Part shown: positions 45,013 through 59,625 of the stretch, piece after piece
Layout of the letters: every line of letters begins with the position of its first letter
Position numbering within the stretch: position 1 is the stretch's first letter
NCBI RefSeq assembly: GCF_006345805.1
Contig: NC_042998.1
Location: 143,344,001 to 143,408,000 of the forward strand
Reading direction: 5' to 3'
From: Octopus sinensis
Lineage: Eukaryota
DNA: 64,000 bases
Notes under the pieces: model-generated
What the model was told of the DNA's origin: nothing
Databases searched by the model: none
Seen by the model: only the letters and a program-made list of their open reading frames with translations
Program-made: the position numbers and the translations under genes

Positions 45013-48000
45013 ATGGTCAAGATTGGTTGTGTGAATGCGCGTGGCTTGGGGTCTCCTTGGAAACAAGGATACCTCCTAAATGACATCAAGTCACATGATT
45101 TGGGAATCATAGCCATAAGTGAGACCAGACTCCACGAGCCACGGGCCCTAAAGTCCATGTTTGGCGGACAGTTTAACATTTATTTTTCTCCCTGTCTGCT
45201 GAGGATGGGCGGTAGTGGCACCGCGGTACTTTTTCACAAGAGCCTGGATCTCGAAGTCAAGACGATATTCGTAGACCCGGAGGGCAGACTGATCGTTCTG
45301 GATGTTGACGGCAGCAATGGGTGCGCTTTTCGACTCGTATCAGTCTACGTACCGCCTTTAACAGGTCAGCCGGATTTCTTTCGACGTCTAGAAGTATTCC
45401 TGGGAACGTCTCGTCCTTTACTTTTAGTTGGGGATTGGAATGCTACCTTGGACACACATCTAGACTATGTGGGGAGAGACAAAAACAGAAGGGGATGCAA
45501 ATGCCTCAGAGACCTGCTCAGACGATTCCAACTGTCTTACAGGTACCGACTCGACCACCCAAATGCACCAACGTGGACATGGAGCAACCGCAGTGGGTCG
45601 TCGAGATCGTATCTAGATAGGATACTGTGTAGGACAGTAGACAAGGATAACTTAGGATGTCCACAATTCCACACAGTCAGCTACACGGATCACAAATTCG
45701 TGACGTGTACGCTAGACTTAGATAAGGCACATAGACAGGGTCCTGGGTACTGGAAACTGAACGCATCATTCCCGTCCAGACAAGTTTTTAGAGACAGAAT
45801 CAATACGTTAGTAAAAAGGGCTTTAACGGGAGCCATTGTCAACAACAAATGGTGGTTCGCCTTCTAGAGAGCAGTAAAAGCGGAAGCAATTAGATATAGC
45901 AAGGCACTAGCCGTAGATAGAAATAGAGTAGAGGGTGAGTTAGTTAAGAAGCTAGAAGAGGCAATAAGAAGTGGCATCACATCCGACGTTTTAGCGGCGA
46001 GGTTGGTCCTTGAACAACACTTCAACGCCAAACACGAAGGGTGTGCTGTCAGGGCTAGGATGCGTGCTCTAAGGATGGAAGGTGTTGGAGCCGCGAGGGA
46101 GGCCCGGGTGGCGGAGGCGCAGCAGGGCAACAAAGCCACCATTCGGTCTCTGGTAGATGAACAGGGGCGCGAATTGCTCGAGCCCAGCAAGATGTGCGAG
46201 ACATTTCAGCGGCACTTTGCCCGACTGTACGGGACGAGTGGTGAGCGTGAACGCAGGGTGGACTTCAGTGCCTACCTGCACAGCCTACCACGACTCTCGG
46301 CAAGAGAGGCAGAGTGCTGCGAAGGTGCCATCACGGCGGCGGATGTGCGGGACGTGATGGCAGAATGCTCGAGAGACAAATCGCCGGGTTTGGATGGTCT
46401 GCCCTACGAGTTTTACAATTGTATGCCAGACTTGTTCGGAGACGTCTTGGTAGCGGTATACTGCAACTGGCAGTAAAACGGGAGCATACCCGGTTTTGTG
46501 AGTCGAGGAGCTGTAACTCTGCTGAAGAAAGATCCAAACAAGGGGAACATTATAGATAACTTTAGACCAATCACTCTGCTCAATGCAGACCTGAAAATTT
46601 TGACAAAGGTGTTAGCCAAGAGGTTGGCGCTTGTCATTGAGAAACTGGTCGACAACGCACAAACGTGTCCCGTGCCGGGCCGGAGCATCCATGACAACCT
46701 CCATCTGATGCGCTACATCATAGACAGGGTAGTTAACGAACCTGGCATGAGTGGGGCCCTGATCAACTTGGATCAATCGAAAGCCTTCGATAGCGTAGAC
46801 CATCGATACTTGGAGGCAGTCCTGAGAGCGGCTGGTTTCGGTCCCGTCTTCCGCGGCTGGATAGCTGCCTTGTACATAGGCATCCGTTCGGTAATTCGCG
46901 TAAATGGACATCTATCGAGACCTTTCGACATTGCACGTTCGGTCCGTCAGGGATGCCCCCTCTCGGCGCTTCTATACGTACTGACTCTTGAGCCACTACT
47001 GCGGAAGCTGGCGACTCTGAGGGGCATCCCGCGAGAATTGGGATGCGGGACGAGCGTGTCTGCATACGCGGACGACGTCACCGTCATAGTGTCAAGCCAC
47101 GAGCACATCGAGCGGGTCGGCGAGACACTGAAAGACTACGAAGCGGTGACAGGAGCAAAAATCAACCGGGAAAAGTCAGTGGGCTTGCGGCTCGGCACCT
47201 GGAGGAGCAAACCCATGCCGTCCACCAGTACCTCCGTCGTGGGACGCTGGACCGACGGCTCGGTTAAGTTGCTCGGGGTCTGGTTCGGTCCGGACCTCCA
47301 AATGGAGAACTGGAATGAGATAACGAGTAGGGTGGTCACTCTCGCCCAGCAATGGGCCGAGAGGAAACTGTCCCTAAAAGGTCGGGCGGAGGTGGCGAAC
47401 GCGTACATCGCGTCCATCATCTACTACCGCCTGATCGTCGTACCTTGTCCCGACCCTACCATCACCAAACTAGAACGCATTCTCTTCAGCTTCTTGTGGA
47501 AAGGATGCGTCCCGATGGTCAGGCGATCCATTTGCTGTCAACACCCGTTAAAAGGAGGGCTGGGCATGCCGTGGTTGATGATGCGCAGACACGCGCTGAG
47601 ACTGCGATATCTCCGGCTCTATGTAGACGCCGGTGAACAGGTGTGGTCGCCGTTTGTGAGGCACGCTTTCCCGCAGCTCGTCTCCATGACCGAACTGCAG
47701 TCGTGGATCAAAAAGAGGCTAGGAAGCGCGAATGGCACCGCGAGTGTCGCGTTGCTCTCAAGCAACTCTGCCGTCCCGGGTCGACCTTGAGTGACTTCAA
47801 CACAACCAAAGCATTCTATAGGGGATTAGTGGAGGAGAGGTACGACGACGATCTTGGGGCAAACCTGGGCGTCGACGAGGAATACCTGACCCGCCTGTTT
47901 CAAACGACTTTCGGCCAGGGACCTATGGATAACATCCAGAGATCCCTGGCCTGGCGGTGCTACCGAGAAGCGCTACCCGTTCGGGATAAGCTCTATAGGC

Positions 48001-48446
48001 ATGGCTCGAGAAACACGGGGCCGACCTGCCCGAGATGCGGGCAGAGCGACGAAACCGCTCTGCACGCAATCGTGCAGTGTCCAGCAATTTCCGACCTGTG
48101 GACTTATGTCGAACGACTGCTGTCACGTGTGGGACGTGTCGGTTTATCAGCTGAGTCTATCGTTAATATCGACACGCCTCCTTCCTTCAAACGGGAAGGA
48201 AGAGCTATTATTATCATACTTGTGGCTATGGTGAAAGAATGTATCTGGTGGACGCGCCTGAAAGGATTAGAGACAAACACTTTCCTCTCTGGTCAATCTC
48301 TCATCAACTTCTTCAAGTATCACCTGAAGAGGAAAATGAGAGTAGAGAGGCAAGTTTTGTCTAGTGAATATTTTAAAAAAAGATGGGTGAATGTAGCAAG
48401 GATGGCACGTATGAATGACGAAGCCACCTTGACTATGATTCTATGA
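45013..48446 (+). pseudogene. LINE ORF2: APE endonuclease, reverse transcriptase, zf-RVT, disrupted
   Basis: NARGL, SETR, GDWN, SYLDR, TDH (APE). KSPGLDG, FRPITLLNAD, LDQSKAFD, RQGCPLS, YADD (RT). CPRC...H...C. Stops at 45865 and 46474, frameshift at about 47720. Confidence 0.95.
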
Positions 48447-48810
48447 ACCGTAAAAATTAATACAGAGAGTTGCTTATTTGCAAAAAAAAAAAAAAAAAAG
48501 AAATATAACATGTGACTTCATTGACCGAGGTTACCGTGGTCTTTTCCGTAGGCTTTTCTTTCCACGGGTAAACCTCACCCGTCCTCCCCTTTACACTTCA
48601 TATTGACATTTCTGTGATAACGATCCCTATTGATCAATTTTTTTTCCTCTCCCCCTTTTTTTTTAAACACCCCCTTTTTTTGTCCTCTTTCTTTCTTTTT
48701 ACGATCCCTTTTGATCGAACCCCCCCCCCTTTTTTTAACCCCCAAAAGAAAAGCTCTACCTTGTAATTTGTTCTATCTGTGTGCAGCCCTGTGTGGCTAA
48801 TAAAGAAACA

Positions 48811-48870
<60 letters not shown>

Positions 48871-48871
48871 C

Positions 48872-48937
<66 letters not shown>

Positions 48938-49012
48938 ATATCTATCTATCTGTCTATGTGTCTGCCTGTCTGTCTGTCTGTCTGTCTGTCTAATTGTCTG
49001 TCCGTCTGTCTT

Positions 49013-49074
<62 letters not shown>

Positions 49075-49161
49075 CATCTATTTATCAATCGTTCTGTCTG
49101 TCTGTCTATCTCGTTTACTCGCTTACTTGTTTCAGTTATTTCAGTTATTGTTGAATATATA

Positions 49162-49665
49162 TCTATATATATAAAACTCTAGTTGTGTGAGTGTCTGTCC
49201 CCTTCGATTTAGATTCCTAACTCCTCCCACATTTTGCGGTGCAGTTTAACCAAATTCGGGTATCTTATAGTCGTGATTCATATCGAGCCCGTCTGACTAT
49301 TAGCGCGCGTCAACGATGAGTGTACGATTTTAAAAATAATTTAACATAATTTTTTATTCCATTTTAATGCATAAAATGCATCGTATGTCGATGGCGGCGG
49401 AGTTGGCGTCCACGCTCACAGCTGCACCTGTTTGCTTCTCCCCCTTCCCTCCCTCGTGAAGCTGTGGGGAAGGGAGTGTAAGAAATCAACGTCGTAATGC
49501 GTTGTGAAGGAAACCAGCGTTCTTTTAGAACAACGACTTCATGGCTTGAAGACACCAAAACAAAAATGGGTAAGAAAGCCCGAATTTATAAGGGAAGTAA
49601 CTCTCTAAAAATGCTTATATAGTTATTTCCCTTACAAACCCGAGCAACGCCGGGCGATACTGCTA

Positions 49666-49666
<1 letters not shown>
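49162..49666 (+). mobile_element. Non-autonomous Helitron
   Basis: 5' TCTATATATATAAAA, subterminal hairpin cccgagcaacgccggg (49639-49654), 3' CTAG, inserted between A and T. Confidence 0.8.
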
Positions 49667-49722
<56 letters not shown>

Positions 49723-49809
49723 GTTAATCCAAACAAGAAAGCACAAAAAAACACAACAATGCGAGGACGTGGAACAAAGATAGTATTTGGACGCTCAGAA
49801 AAGAAGGAG

Positions 49810-49842
<33 letters not shown>

Positions 49843-50214
49843 TGTATGTATGTATGTATGTATGTATGTATACATGCATGCATGCATGTATGTATGTATG
49901 TATGTATGTATATATGTATGTATGTATGTATGCATGCATGCATGCATGTATGTATGTATGTATGTATGTATGTATGTATGTATGTATGTATGTCTGTATG
50001 TATGTGTATATGTCTGTGTCTGTGTATAGCCCCCTAAATATCGCTTGACAACCGATGCTGGTGTGTTTACGTCCCCATAACATAGCAGTTCGGGAAACAG
50101 ACCGATAGAATAAGTACTAGGCTTACAAATACTAATACTTGATCGACTAAAGGCGGTGCTCCATCATGGCCGCAGTCAAATGACTGAAACAAGTAAAAGA
50201 ATAAAATAGTAAAA

Positions 50215-50339
<125 letters not shown>

Positions 50340-50340
50340 G

Positions 50341-50610
50341 AAGGCGCGTGGCCAAATGGTTAGGCTGTGGACTCACAAGCGCCAGATTGAGGGTTCGATT
50401 CCCTGACTGGGTGACGCGTTGTGCTCTTGAGCAAAACACTTAATTTCACGTTGCTCCAGTCCCCTTTTCGATCAGGGGAGATGTTGGCCTGCTCTCCTAG
50501 CCAGCGAGGTGGCGTCATTTGTCGGCTAAAACAATGCAAAAAGCGGATTCTGACTAGCGTTGTGTGACAATATCTGATAGCCTGATCGGTCACATAATCA
50601 CGTGATATAC
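50341..50610 (+). mobile_element. tRNA-derived SINE
   Basis: A box TGGCCAAATGG, B box GGTTCGATTCC, shared core. Confidence 0.8.
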
Positions 50611-50686
<76 letters not shown>

Positions 50687-50716
50687 ATATATCTATATAT
50701 ATATATATATATTATA

Positions 50717-50780
<64 letters not shown>

Positions 50781-51710
50781 TTATTATGACTAATCAGTTA
50801 AAGAGCATATAATAAATGAACAAACAAACAGTAAACAGACACAAAAGGTCACCAAATCCTCATCAGTTATCGGCCAAATGATCAAACGCAATTTCGAGAC
50901 TTCAACGATAATATTGTTCCTCTTCTGGTGGTGCTGACAGCAAGGAGCCGTCCGGAAATGCCGAGCCAACGAACAAGGAACCAAACATGACAGAAAGTGA
51001 ACAAACAAGAAATAAACCAATATGCAATATAGAAAGTGAACATACAAACATGAAATAAATGTGATTCAAGTTGTGATCATTAGTGGACGGACGAGGGAGA
51101 AAGACGAAAACAAACAAGACGAAGTGTGGACATTGGAACAAGATGAAATAAGCAAACAGAATATAGCTTTAGGCCAGACAAAAGACGAAAACATGGTTAA
51201 CACCAGGAGGAATATCCTAAAGTATTAGAAACAGCAGGATAACAGCGAATCCATACATAATTTTAAATATTTATTTCTTATCGATTATAAAAATGTTGTA
51301 TCCCTAACAGATTGTGTCTTCGACTTCGTTCCATATTTTATAAGTCAGTTGTCTTATGATGTATATTTCATTCCCTACTTTGGAGCGTGACACAAAACGC
51401 AGGTAGGTAAATAGGTAGGTAGGTACAAATATACTAATAAAGTGTACAGATATAGATAAATCTCACAGAAAATATTCCCCACAAATATTTTAAAAAGCCA
51501 ACTAGATAATTTTAAGATTAATTTTGAAAAGATTGTGTGGGGGCTAAAATTATGAGCGATTTTTGGAATTTTCATTGGGATTCATCTTTCTCGAAGCTCC
51601 GATTTTAGAGGTTTATCAACTGTTTATGTATGTATGTATGTATGTATGTATGTATGTATGTATGTATGTATGTATGTATGTATGTCTGTGTGTCTGTGTG
51701 TCTGTGTGTC

Positions 51711-51751
<41 letters not shown>

Positions 51752-52985
51752 GACGGCGCATGGCTTCGTGTATGTATATATATATATATATATGTGTATG
51801 TGAATGTGTATGTATGTATGGACATATGTGAGTATGTATGTATGAACGAATGTGCGCATGCATATACATATATATTTTTGCGCACACATATATACATGCT
51901 ATATATCCATACATACATATACACTCACACACATACACACATCCATACACATATATGTATAATAATTTATAAGTCAATAACGCCAGCCATATCCATGAAG
52001 AGAAAGGCCAACGTACGCAAAAAGATATTATTCCTTAACAGGAAAGTCTTAGTGAGAAGAATAAAAATTTTCAGGTCAAGGAAATGGGTTATGTAAAGAC
52101 GATGAGGCGTGGATGGTGGTGGTGGGGGGGAATCCTACTTTAAAAGGACATTTTTAGGGATCGTAAAAAACTTGGACTCTCTGATGAAACTAAAAGGACG
52201 GAAACGGAAATCGGGATTGTAGAAAATATAAAAACGAGTCCTTAGGATTTCCATGAATTTGCAAAAGAGTCAACCTTACTGCGTTGGGGCTAAAGGAAAT
52301 CCTCATTGGCAGAAAATCCCAAAAGGATGCAGACACTTAAAAAAAAAGTGAATAATTCCAGTTTTCCTTTCCCAGCTGGGACATGGATGTAAATTAACGA
52401 GATTTAATCAACAATGCAGATCTATATGAGGAAGTGGCAACGCACTAATTTACATTGACAAAAATAGGAGGAGTGAATGTTAGCCATTGATGAAATGGGT
52501 TTAAACTCAGCAATAGGTATTTGATGGGTTTTTAACGATTCTCTGAAAGACGTTCAAGAAGACACTGGTAAAATCAACGCAGATACTATTCCAAAGCACT
52601 TTTATATTATGATAAACTTACTCAAAAGTTGAAGGGAAGTATATGCCCCATCCACAAAGGAAGAAGCAGAGACGATGTTACAGGCCTGTCTGATGTCACA
52701 AGAAGTCATGACACTTAATTTCACATACATTCACATTTGCATGTATACATGCATACATACATACATACATGCATATATACATGCATACATATATTCATAC
52801 ATACATACACACACACATACAAACAACCATTTATGCAACCATAACTACAGAATCACATACATTCGTATACATACATCATACTTGTAAGCACACACAATGT
52901 ACATGCGTGTGTGTGAGTGAGTGTGTGTGTATGTGCGTGTGTGGTGTGTGTCTATGTATGTACCTGTATGTGTCTGCGTGTGTAT

Positions 52986-53029
<44 letters not shown>

Positions 53030-53900
53030 TGACCTCTGAAGAAAAGAATGCCTTGGAATATATATATAAATATCATATTGAATACGTACATATGAATTTA
53101 AGGAATATTGGTGGAACATGCCTCTCAAAATGTCTACCAAATGCAAGCGCAACATGTCTAATTCTTTGACATACAAAAATCAGTAGCATATATAATCGTA
53201 AAGGCTGGCTGAACCGCAGATGTGAACGTTTGTCTGAAGATCAGTAAAATGGCAGTCTTCCTCTCTACTTGTCTCTCTCCTTCTTATTTTTCACCCTTTC
53301 TGGTTTCTTTCCCCCCTCTCTCTCTCCTCCTCCTCCTCTCTCTGGCCGTTGACCGGAGTGCTACTAAAAACTTTCTTTCAGCTCCGTGCTTTCAACAAGC
53401 ATACATCGACTTCCCTGTCTTTCGCAAGCCGATTTTTCACATGCGTTCTAACTAATTTTTCCACCGTCTAGGTCTAAAAAAAAGCCCTTATTGTTGGTTC
53501 CCTGTCCTGTTATTCTTTATTTGTAGTTTTTTCTACTATTTTTTCTTCATTTGTATTGCTTTTACGTCCTGTTCTTGTCACTTGTTTTACCCCTCTGCAA
53601 AAGAATTTTATTTAATTCCTTTTGCAGGAAGGATAGCTTCGGCCTGGCCGTGTTCTGCCCTTACCTTCGAAACACACATTGAGTCGAACCAGGGGCAGCT
53701 GATGAAGGGGAATTTTCCTTGTATTGTTTGTCCTGTACTCTGTTTTTTCGTTGTTAAAAAAGGTCCGTTTCCTTCTTTGATTTTGTTTTCGTTTCTCGTG
53801 TTCTACGTTTATTTGTGGTGTCCTGTACTCATATATATATATGCATGTATATATATGTATGTATATATGCATATATTTTATTTATTTATTATATTGTTAT

Positions 53901-53931
<31 letters not shown>

Positions 53932-54387
53932 GTATGTATGTATGTATGTATGTATGTATGTATGTATATGTATATATATGTATATATATATATTCTTTTA
54001 CTTGTTTCAGTCATTTGATTGCGGCCATGCTGGAGCACCGCCTTTAGTCGAACAAATCGACAACAGCACTTATTCTTCTTCAGTCATTTGTCTATATCTT
54101 TATTTACTGTTCTCAATGCACCAATTATTTTAGGTACGACCTTTACTTTACTCGTGCTCCAAATTCTTCCTATTTCAAATTTTAAGAGATTGTATTTTTT
54201 ATTTTTGTTTTTCATCCTCTTTCTTGACGATCCTGGAATCAAATGGGCATAATGGGTCGATTTATAAGCAACTTTGATTTTCCTTATCTATAATTGTTAT
54301 GTCGAGTCTATTTCTTTCTAACTTCTTGTCCGTTTGAATAGGGGTATTATTATGGGCCTATTGATAACTTCCAGAAATTCTTTGCCT

Positions 54388-55090
54388 GGCAGGTCGCTGC
54401 CTGTTCAGGATAAACTTTACAAGCGTGGAAGTGCTGTCAGCCGGGCCTGCCCGAGGTGCGCCCAGAACGATGAAACCGTTCTGCACACTCTAGTCCAGTG
54501 CCCGAGTATTGCTGACCTGTGGGTTTATGTTGAACACCTGCTGTCGCGTATGGACGGATCCGGCTATCAGCTGAATCCATTCTGAGGATTGCTCCGCCAC
54601 CCTCTTTTGGTTGGGAGGGGCAGGTAATTCTTATTTGTCTAGTGTCTGTAGTGAAAGAGGTAGTATGGGGGATCCGTTTGAAAGGACTAAAGACAGACAC
54701 TATCCTCTTTGGCCAAGCCCTCATCAACTTTTACAAGTCTATCTTGAAAAGGAAGTTGAGGGTGGGGAGGAAAGTGTTGCCTTGTAGCAAGTTTGTTGAA
54801 AGGTGGGCGAATGCTGGAAGAATGGCCAATGTGAAAGGACCAATTCTGAACGTGCACCTGTATAAAAAGAAGGGCTGTTGCCCTGTTGTTCAGGCACCCG
54901 TGGCTTTTGTGGGTTTTTCCACGAGGACCTTAAAGTGCCTCCCTTATTGAGAATTTTAATTTGTTTAATTTTTATTATTATATTGTGTACACGAGATAAA
55001 ACCCATTGTATCGTCCTGTTTTGTCTTTAAGATTGTTGTATGTCTTTTAATATTATTTTATGTGATCTCTTATGGCCAATAAAAGAATGG
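54388..55090 (+). mobile_element. 3' fragment of L1/Tx1-like LINE with (ATT)n tail
   Basis: LPVQDKLYKRGSAVSRACPRCAQNDETVLH...KEVVWGIRLKGLKTD, ending aataaaagaatgg(att)n. Confidence 0.85.
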
Positions 55091-55174
<84 letters not shown>

Positions 55175-55177
<3 letters not shown>

Positions 55178-56738
55178 TAGTATATTTTTTATAGCGTGCT
55201 TTCACTTCACTACCGAGCGCAGCTCTGTGTGCGTTGGGTATGTGCTGTGATTTGTTGTGATGCTCTGATGGTTACTGTATTGAAAGTGTTCTGCGTAGGA
55301 TGTGTGCAGTGCCTAGTAGTGCAATTTTCTGTATGTTATATGTGTTTGTAAGTCCTGGTGTTTTTGTTATGTATTTGTCTGAATATTTTTTTATCATGCC
55401 TAATGCATCTACTATGATAGGAATTGTTTCTGTTTTTAGATTCCACATTCTGGTTACCTCTATTTCCAGGTCTTTGTATTTTGAAAGTTTCTCCATTTCT
55501 TTTAGAGACACGTTGTCATCTGCCGGTATTGATACATCAATTAGAAAGCATTTTTTTTCTTCATGATCTCTGACAACTATATCTGGTCTGTTGGCCTTAA
55601 TTTCTCTATCTGTGTGTATTGGCATATCCCAGAGTATGGTTGCTTTCTCGTTTTCTGTGACCTTTTCTGGTGTGTACCTATACAATCTTTTTTCTGTTGT
55701 TATTTCATAATGTTGGCATAGCTTCCAGTGTATATAGGTCCCAACTCTGTCGTGTCTGTGAATATATTCCTTCTTAGCCAGGACTGGGCAGCCAGAGATA
55801 ATATGATTTATTGTTTCTTGTCCATCTCCATATATTCTGCAGTTACTTGTTATATTTCTTTTCATTACATGTTTTTGGTAATTTCTGGTGGGGAGGCTTT
55901 GGTTTTGTGCTGCAATTAAAAATCCCTCTGTCTCTGCTTTGAGTCCTGAGCTTCTCAACCATTGCTGGGATTTTTCTTTGTCTATTTCTTTTGCATTTAG
56001 TTTAGTCCAGTATTTACCATGAAGGGGCTTTTTTGCCATCGTTTTATCAAGGTTCCTTGCTGTTCTATTTTTAGTTTGGATTTCATTTGTTTTATAGCTT
56101 TTGTTGTTTCTTCATCTTCTTCTTCTTCATATTTGTTATGTGGTATGATTTCTTGTTTGTATTTGTCAGCTTCCTTAAATACTGAGAACAGTTTTTTGTT
56201 TTGCTCGTGTTTTGCCGCTATTTGTATCAGTTTTCCTTCCTTCTGAAGTAGATATTTTTGCAGTCCTATGGTGGTTATTTTATAGTAGTTTTCCAGCTGT
56301 ATAAGGCCTCTACCACCTTCTATACGTTGTATATATAGCCTTTCCATGTCAGATTTTGGGTGATGCATCCTAGATCCTGTCATTATTTTTCTTGTTTTCC
56401 TATCTCTTTTGGTCAGTTCATTTAGTGTCCAGTGAAGGATATTGTAGCTGTAACTTATAACTGGGACAGCTAAAGTGTGAATACCTATTATCTTGTTTTT
56501 AGCATTGAGCTCTGTTTTCAGTATTGATCTAACTCGTCTATAATAATATTTTTTTATTTTCTCTTTCATTTGTGCGTGTTGTGTCTTATCTAGTTCATGG
56601 ATTCCTAAGTATTTGTAAGTTTGGCTTTGGTCGAATTCTTTTATTTCATTGGTTTTATCTAGTGTGATGTTGCTATTCTTAACTAGTTTTTCTCTTTTCA
56701 TGGTTACTTTGGCGCATTTCTCAAATTCAAATTTCATA
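55175..56738 (-). mobile_element. 5'-truncated R4/Dong-like RLE retrotransposon in (TAA)n
   Basis: MKFEFEKCA...YKYLGI...GGRGL, then CRIYGDGQETINHIISGC and RPDIVV...LIDVSIP...KEMEKLSKY. One frameshift at about 56020. (ATT)n on both sides. Confidence 0.92.
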
Positions 56739-56740
56739 TC

Positions 56741-56812
<72 letters not shown>

Positions 56813-56813
<1 letters not shown>

Positions 56814-57264
56814 GAGTGAGAGAGCAGTGCATGCCATCAAAGTGACACTGGGGTAAAATATACGAAGCCCAATATACCCTTCATGACTACCCGTCTGATA
56901 AGGGTACACCAGGCACATGCATCACAACCATATGTGCGCGACATGGTGATCTCATATCAAGATAAACAGCACATGACCTTGCAGGTGGGGCCCAGTTAGA
57001 AATTTCTTCAGGTTGAGTAGCCCCTTCCCGCTCAAAAGGTCCCTGAATAAGGGTTGTTTAAGGATGTTGAAAGAACCACCCATGTTTCCTGAGGTGAATT
57101 ATTCAAACCCCAAAGAATTTCTCTCAACACATGGCTATGATGCTCCCCCACTACTTCTGCTCGTGATCAGAGATGCACATATCGGCAGCCACTAAGGGAC
57201 ATGCTCAACTGGTTAAGGTCAAACAACTGACAAGCAAATCTGTGGTACTGAGCAGAATATTTGC

Positions 57265-57265
<1 letters not shown>
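56813..57265. mobile_element. About 450-bp non-coding element in (ATT)n, copy 1
   Basis: gagtgagagagcagtgcatgcc...ctgagcagaatatttgct, same boundaries as copy 2. Confidence 0.8.
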
Positions 57266-57345
<80 letters not shown>

Positions 57346-57407
57346 CACCATCCTCCTCCTCCTCCTTCTCCCCTCCTCCTTCACCCCCTCCCCTACCCCT
57401 CCTCCTC

Positions 57408-57443
<36 letters not shown>

Positions 57444-57461
57444 TATTATTATTATTATTAT

Positions 57462-57914
57462 TGAGTGAGAGAGCAGTGCATGCCATCAAAGTGACACTGG
57501 GGTAAAATATACGAAGCTCAATATACCCACCATGACTACTCGTCTGATAAGGGTACACTAGGCCCATGCATCACAACCATAAGTGCGCGACATGGTGATC
57601 TCATATCGAGATAAGCAGCACATGACCTTGCAGGTGGGGCCCAATTAGAATTTTATTCTGGTCGAGTAACCCATCCCGCTCAAAAGCTCCCTGAATAAGG
57701 GTTATTTAAGGATATTGAACGGAACACCCATGTTTCCAGAGGTGAATTATTCAAACCCCAAAGAATTTCTCTCAACACACGGCTATGATGCTCTCCCACT
57801 ACTTCTGCTCGTGACCAGAGATGCATATATCGTCAGCCACTAAGGGACATGCTCAACTTGTTACGGTCAAACAACTGACAAGCAAATCTGTGGTACTGAG
57901 CAGAATATTTGCTT
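57462..57914. mobile_element. About 450-bp non-coding element in (ATT)n, copy 2
   Basis: Diverged direct copy of 56813-57265. Confidence 0.8.
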
Positions 57915-57915
57915 A

Positions 57916-57949
<34 letters not shown>

Positions 57950-58236
57950 TTTTTTTTTCTTCTTTCAAATTTGCTTCCATTTCTTGCCGAGTGTCTTCCC
58001 GACTCCTAGGGCAAAGAAACTCATAGTATACATTGGTAGGACATTAAACCAAACTCAGTAGTTCGTTAATTTTTTTTTTTTTTTAAGTTAAATTAAAATA
58101 CATGAGCAGCAACAGTTCTCACATCGACAATGCTCTTCTCATTTTACTGTCTGTGAGTCTGTTATTATTATTGTTATTATTATTATTATTATTGCTATTA
58201 TTATTATTATTGCTGTTATTATTATTATTGTTGTTG

Positions 58237-58307
<71 letters not shown>

Positions 58308-58309
58308 CT

Positions 58310-58980
58310 AGCACGGATGTGCTGTCCTAGGTGCACGCAGGGTGACGAAACTGTTCTGTATGCACTCGTTCAGCGTCCTGACATTGATGACTTGTGGAGT
58401 TATCTCGAATAGCTCTCGGCCGAGTCTATAGCGATGATTGCCCCGTCGCGAGGATGGAGAAGCAGTTTTCCTTTGTCTGGTGGCTGTGGCGAAAGAGGTT
58501 GTCTGGTGGACGAGGCTGAAAGGAATGAGGACAGAGACATTCCTCTTTGATAAAGCTTTCTTCGACTTTTCCAAGTTTCACTTGAAAAGGAAGGTGTGGG
58601 TGGAGAGGGAGGTGCTGTCCTCGAGTGAATTTATCAAACGTTGGGTGAAAGTTGCAAAAATAGCAAGAGCGGATGGTACTACTCTAGGTGTAGACCTGTG
58701 AGTTGGAGGAAATGAGTTGGAGAGGGCACTTGTCTTTCGTATTCAGGGAGATCTTGGACGCTGGAGTTTCTCGATTATCCCTAGACGTCCTCCTGTATCA
58801 GGAGGACCCCATCACTATCAATTTTTTACTGTCGTATACTATATATACTTTCCATCTTTAATGTATACCGTGTATATTTTACTTTTTTATATCATTCCAT
58901 TTTCTGTAAACCACCCCCACTTTATGTCTGTCTTTGTACTGTCCCCCTCATCTTTTATTTTTGGTAAATAAAAGAAATCG
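58310..58980 (+). mobile_element. 3' fragment of L1/Tx1-like LINE in (ATT)n
   Basis: FLCLVAVAKEVVWWTRLKGMRTETFL...FHLKRKVWVEREVLSS, ending aataaaagaaatcg(tta)n. Confidence 0.85.
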
Positions 58981-59189
58981 TTATTATTATTATTGTTAGT
59001 TCATCCGGCGAGCTGGCAGAATCGTTAGCACGCTAGGCAAAATGCATTTTGTCCGTCTTTACGTTCCGAGTTCAAATTCCAGCGAGATCGATAAAATAAG
59101 TACCAGTTGGTCATGGGGTCAATGTGATAGACTATCCCACTCCCCACAAATTCCAGGCCTTGTGCCTATATTAGAAAGGGTTATTAGTT

Positions 59190-59375
59190 CATCCGTCGTT
59201 GTCGACGATGACCAAGAACATCACAAAGCAGAAGAGGACAAGGCGTATCCAGCCGTGGCCGATCAGTCCGATGCGTGCTCGGAAGGCTCTGTCGCAGGTC
59301 GAGCACTGGTGGTCTGCTGGGACTGAAGACAGGAAGTTGGCTTTGGACTTACGCAGTTCGCGTTTTCTTTGTCCC
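59190..59375 (-). mobile_element. 3' end of an RTE-clade LINE
   Basis: HQCSTCDRAFRARIGLIGH, the C2H2-like terminus typical of RTE ORFs. Confidence 0.65.
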
Positions 59376-59575
59376 CTGAAATTCTGTTCTGCATGTGTGC
59401 GTGTGTGTGGGTTGTATGCGCGCACGTATATGTATATACGCACCGGAAATGAATATTCACATATTCTTTTACGACCTTATATACAAGCTTGCATAGACAC
59501 ACTAATATAACGCGACGTATACGTATTCAAATGTGAACATATATACACATGCACACACGCATGCATACATTCACA

Positions 59576-59625
<50 letters not shown>

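Larger units (their letters stand above)
43111..48810 (+). mobile_element. Near full-length L1/Tx1-type LINE inserted in (TATC)n
   Basis: Two ORFs, 3' UTR ending aataaagaaaca, and (TATC)n at both ends. Confidence 0.95.

Noticed and set aside
53660-53725. GAAA...TC...CTGATGA order suggesting a type II hammerhead (similar order at 1-50, 38340-38410 minus, 50855-50900 minus)
   Set aside because: Stems I and III could not be paired convincingly. Worth revisiting only with family consensus sequences.
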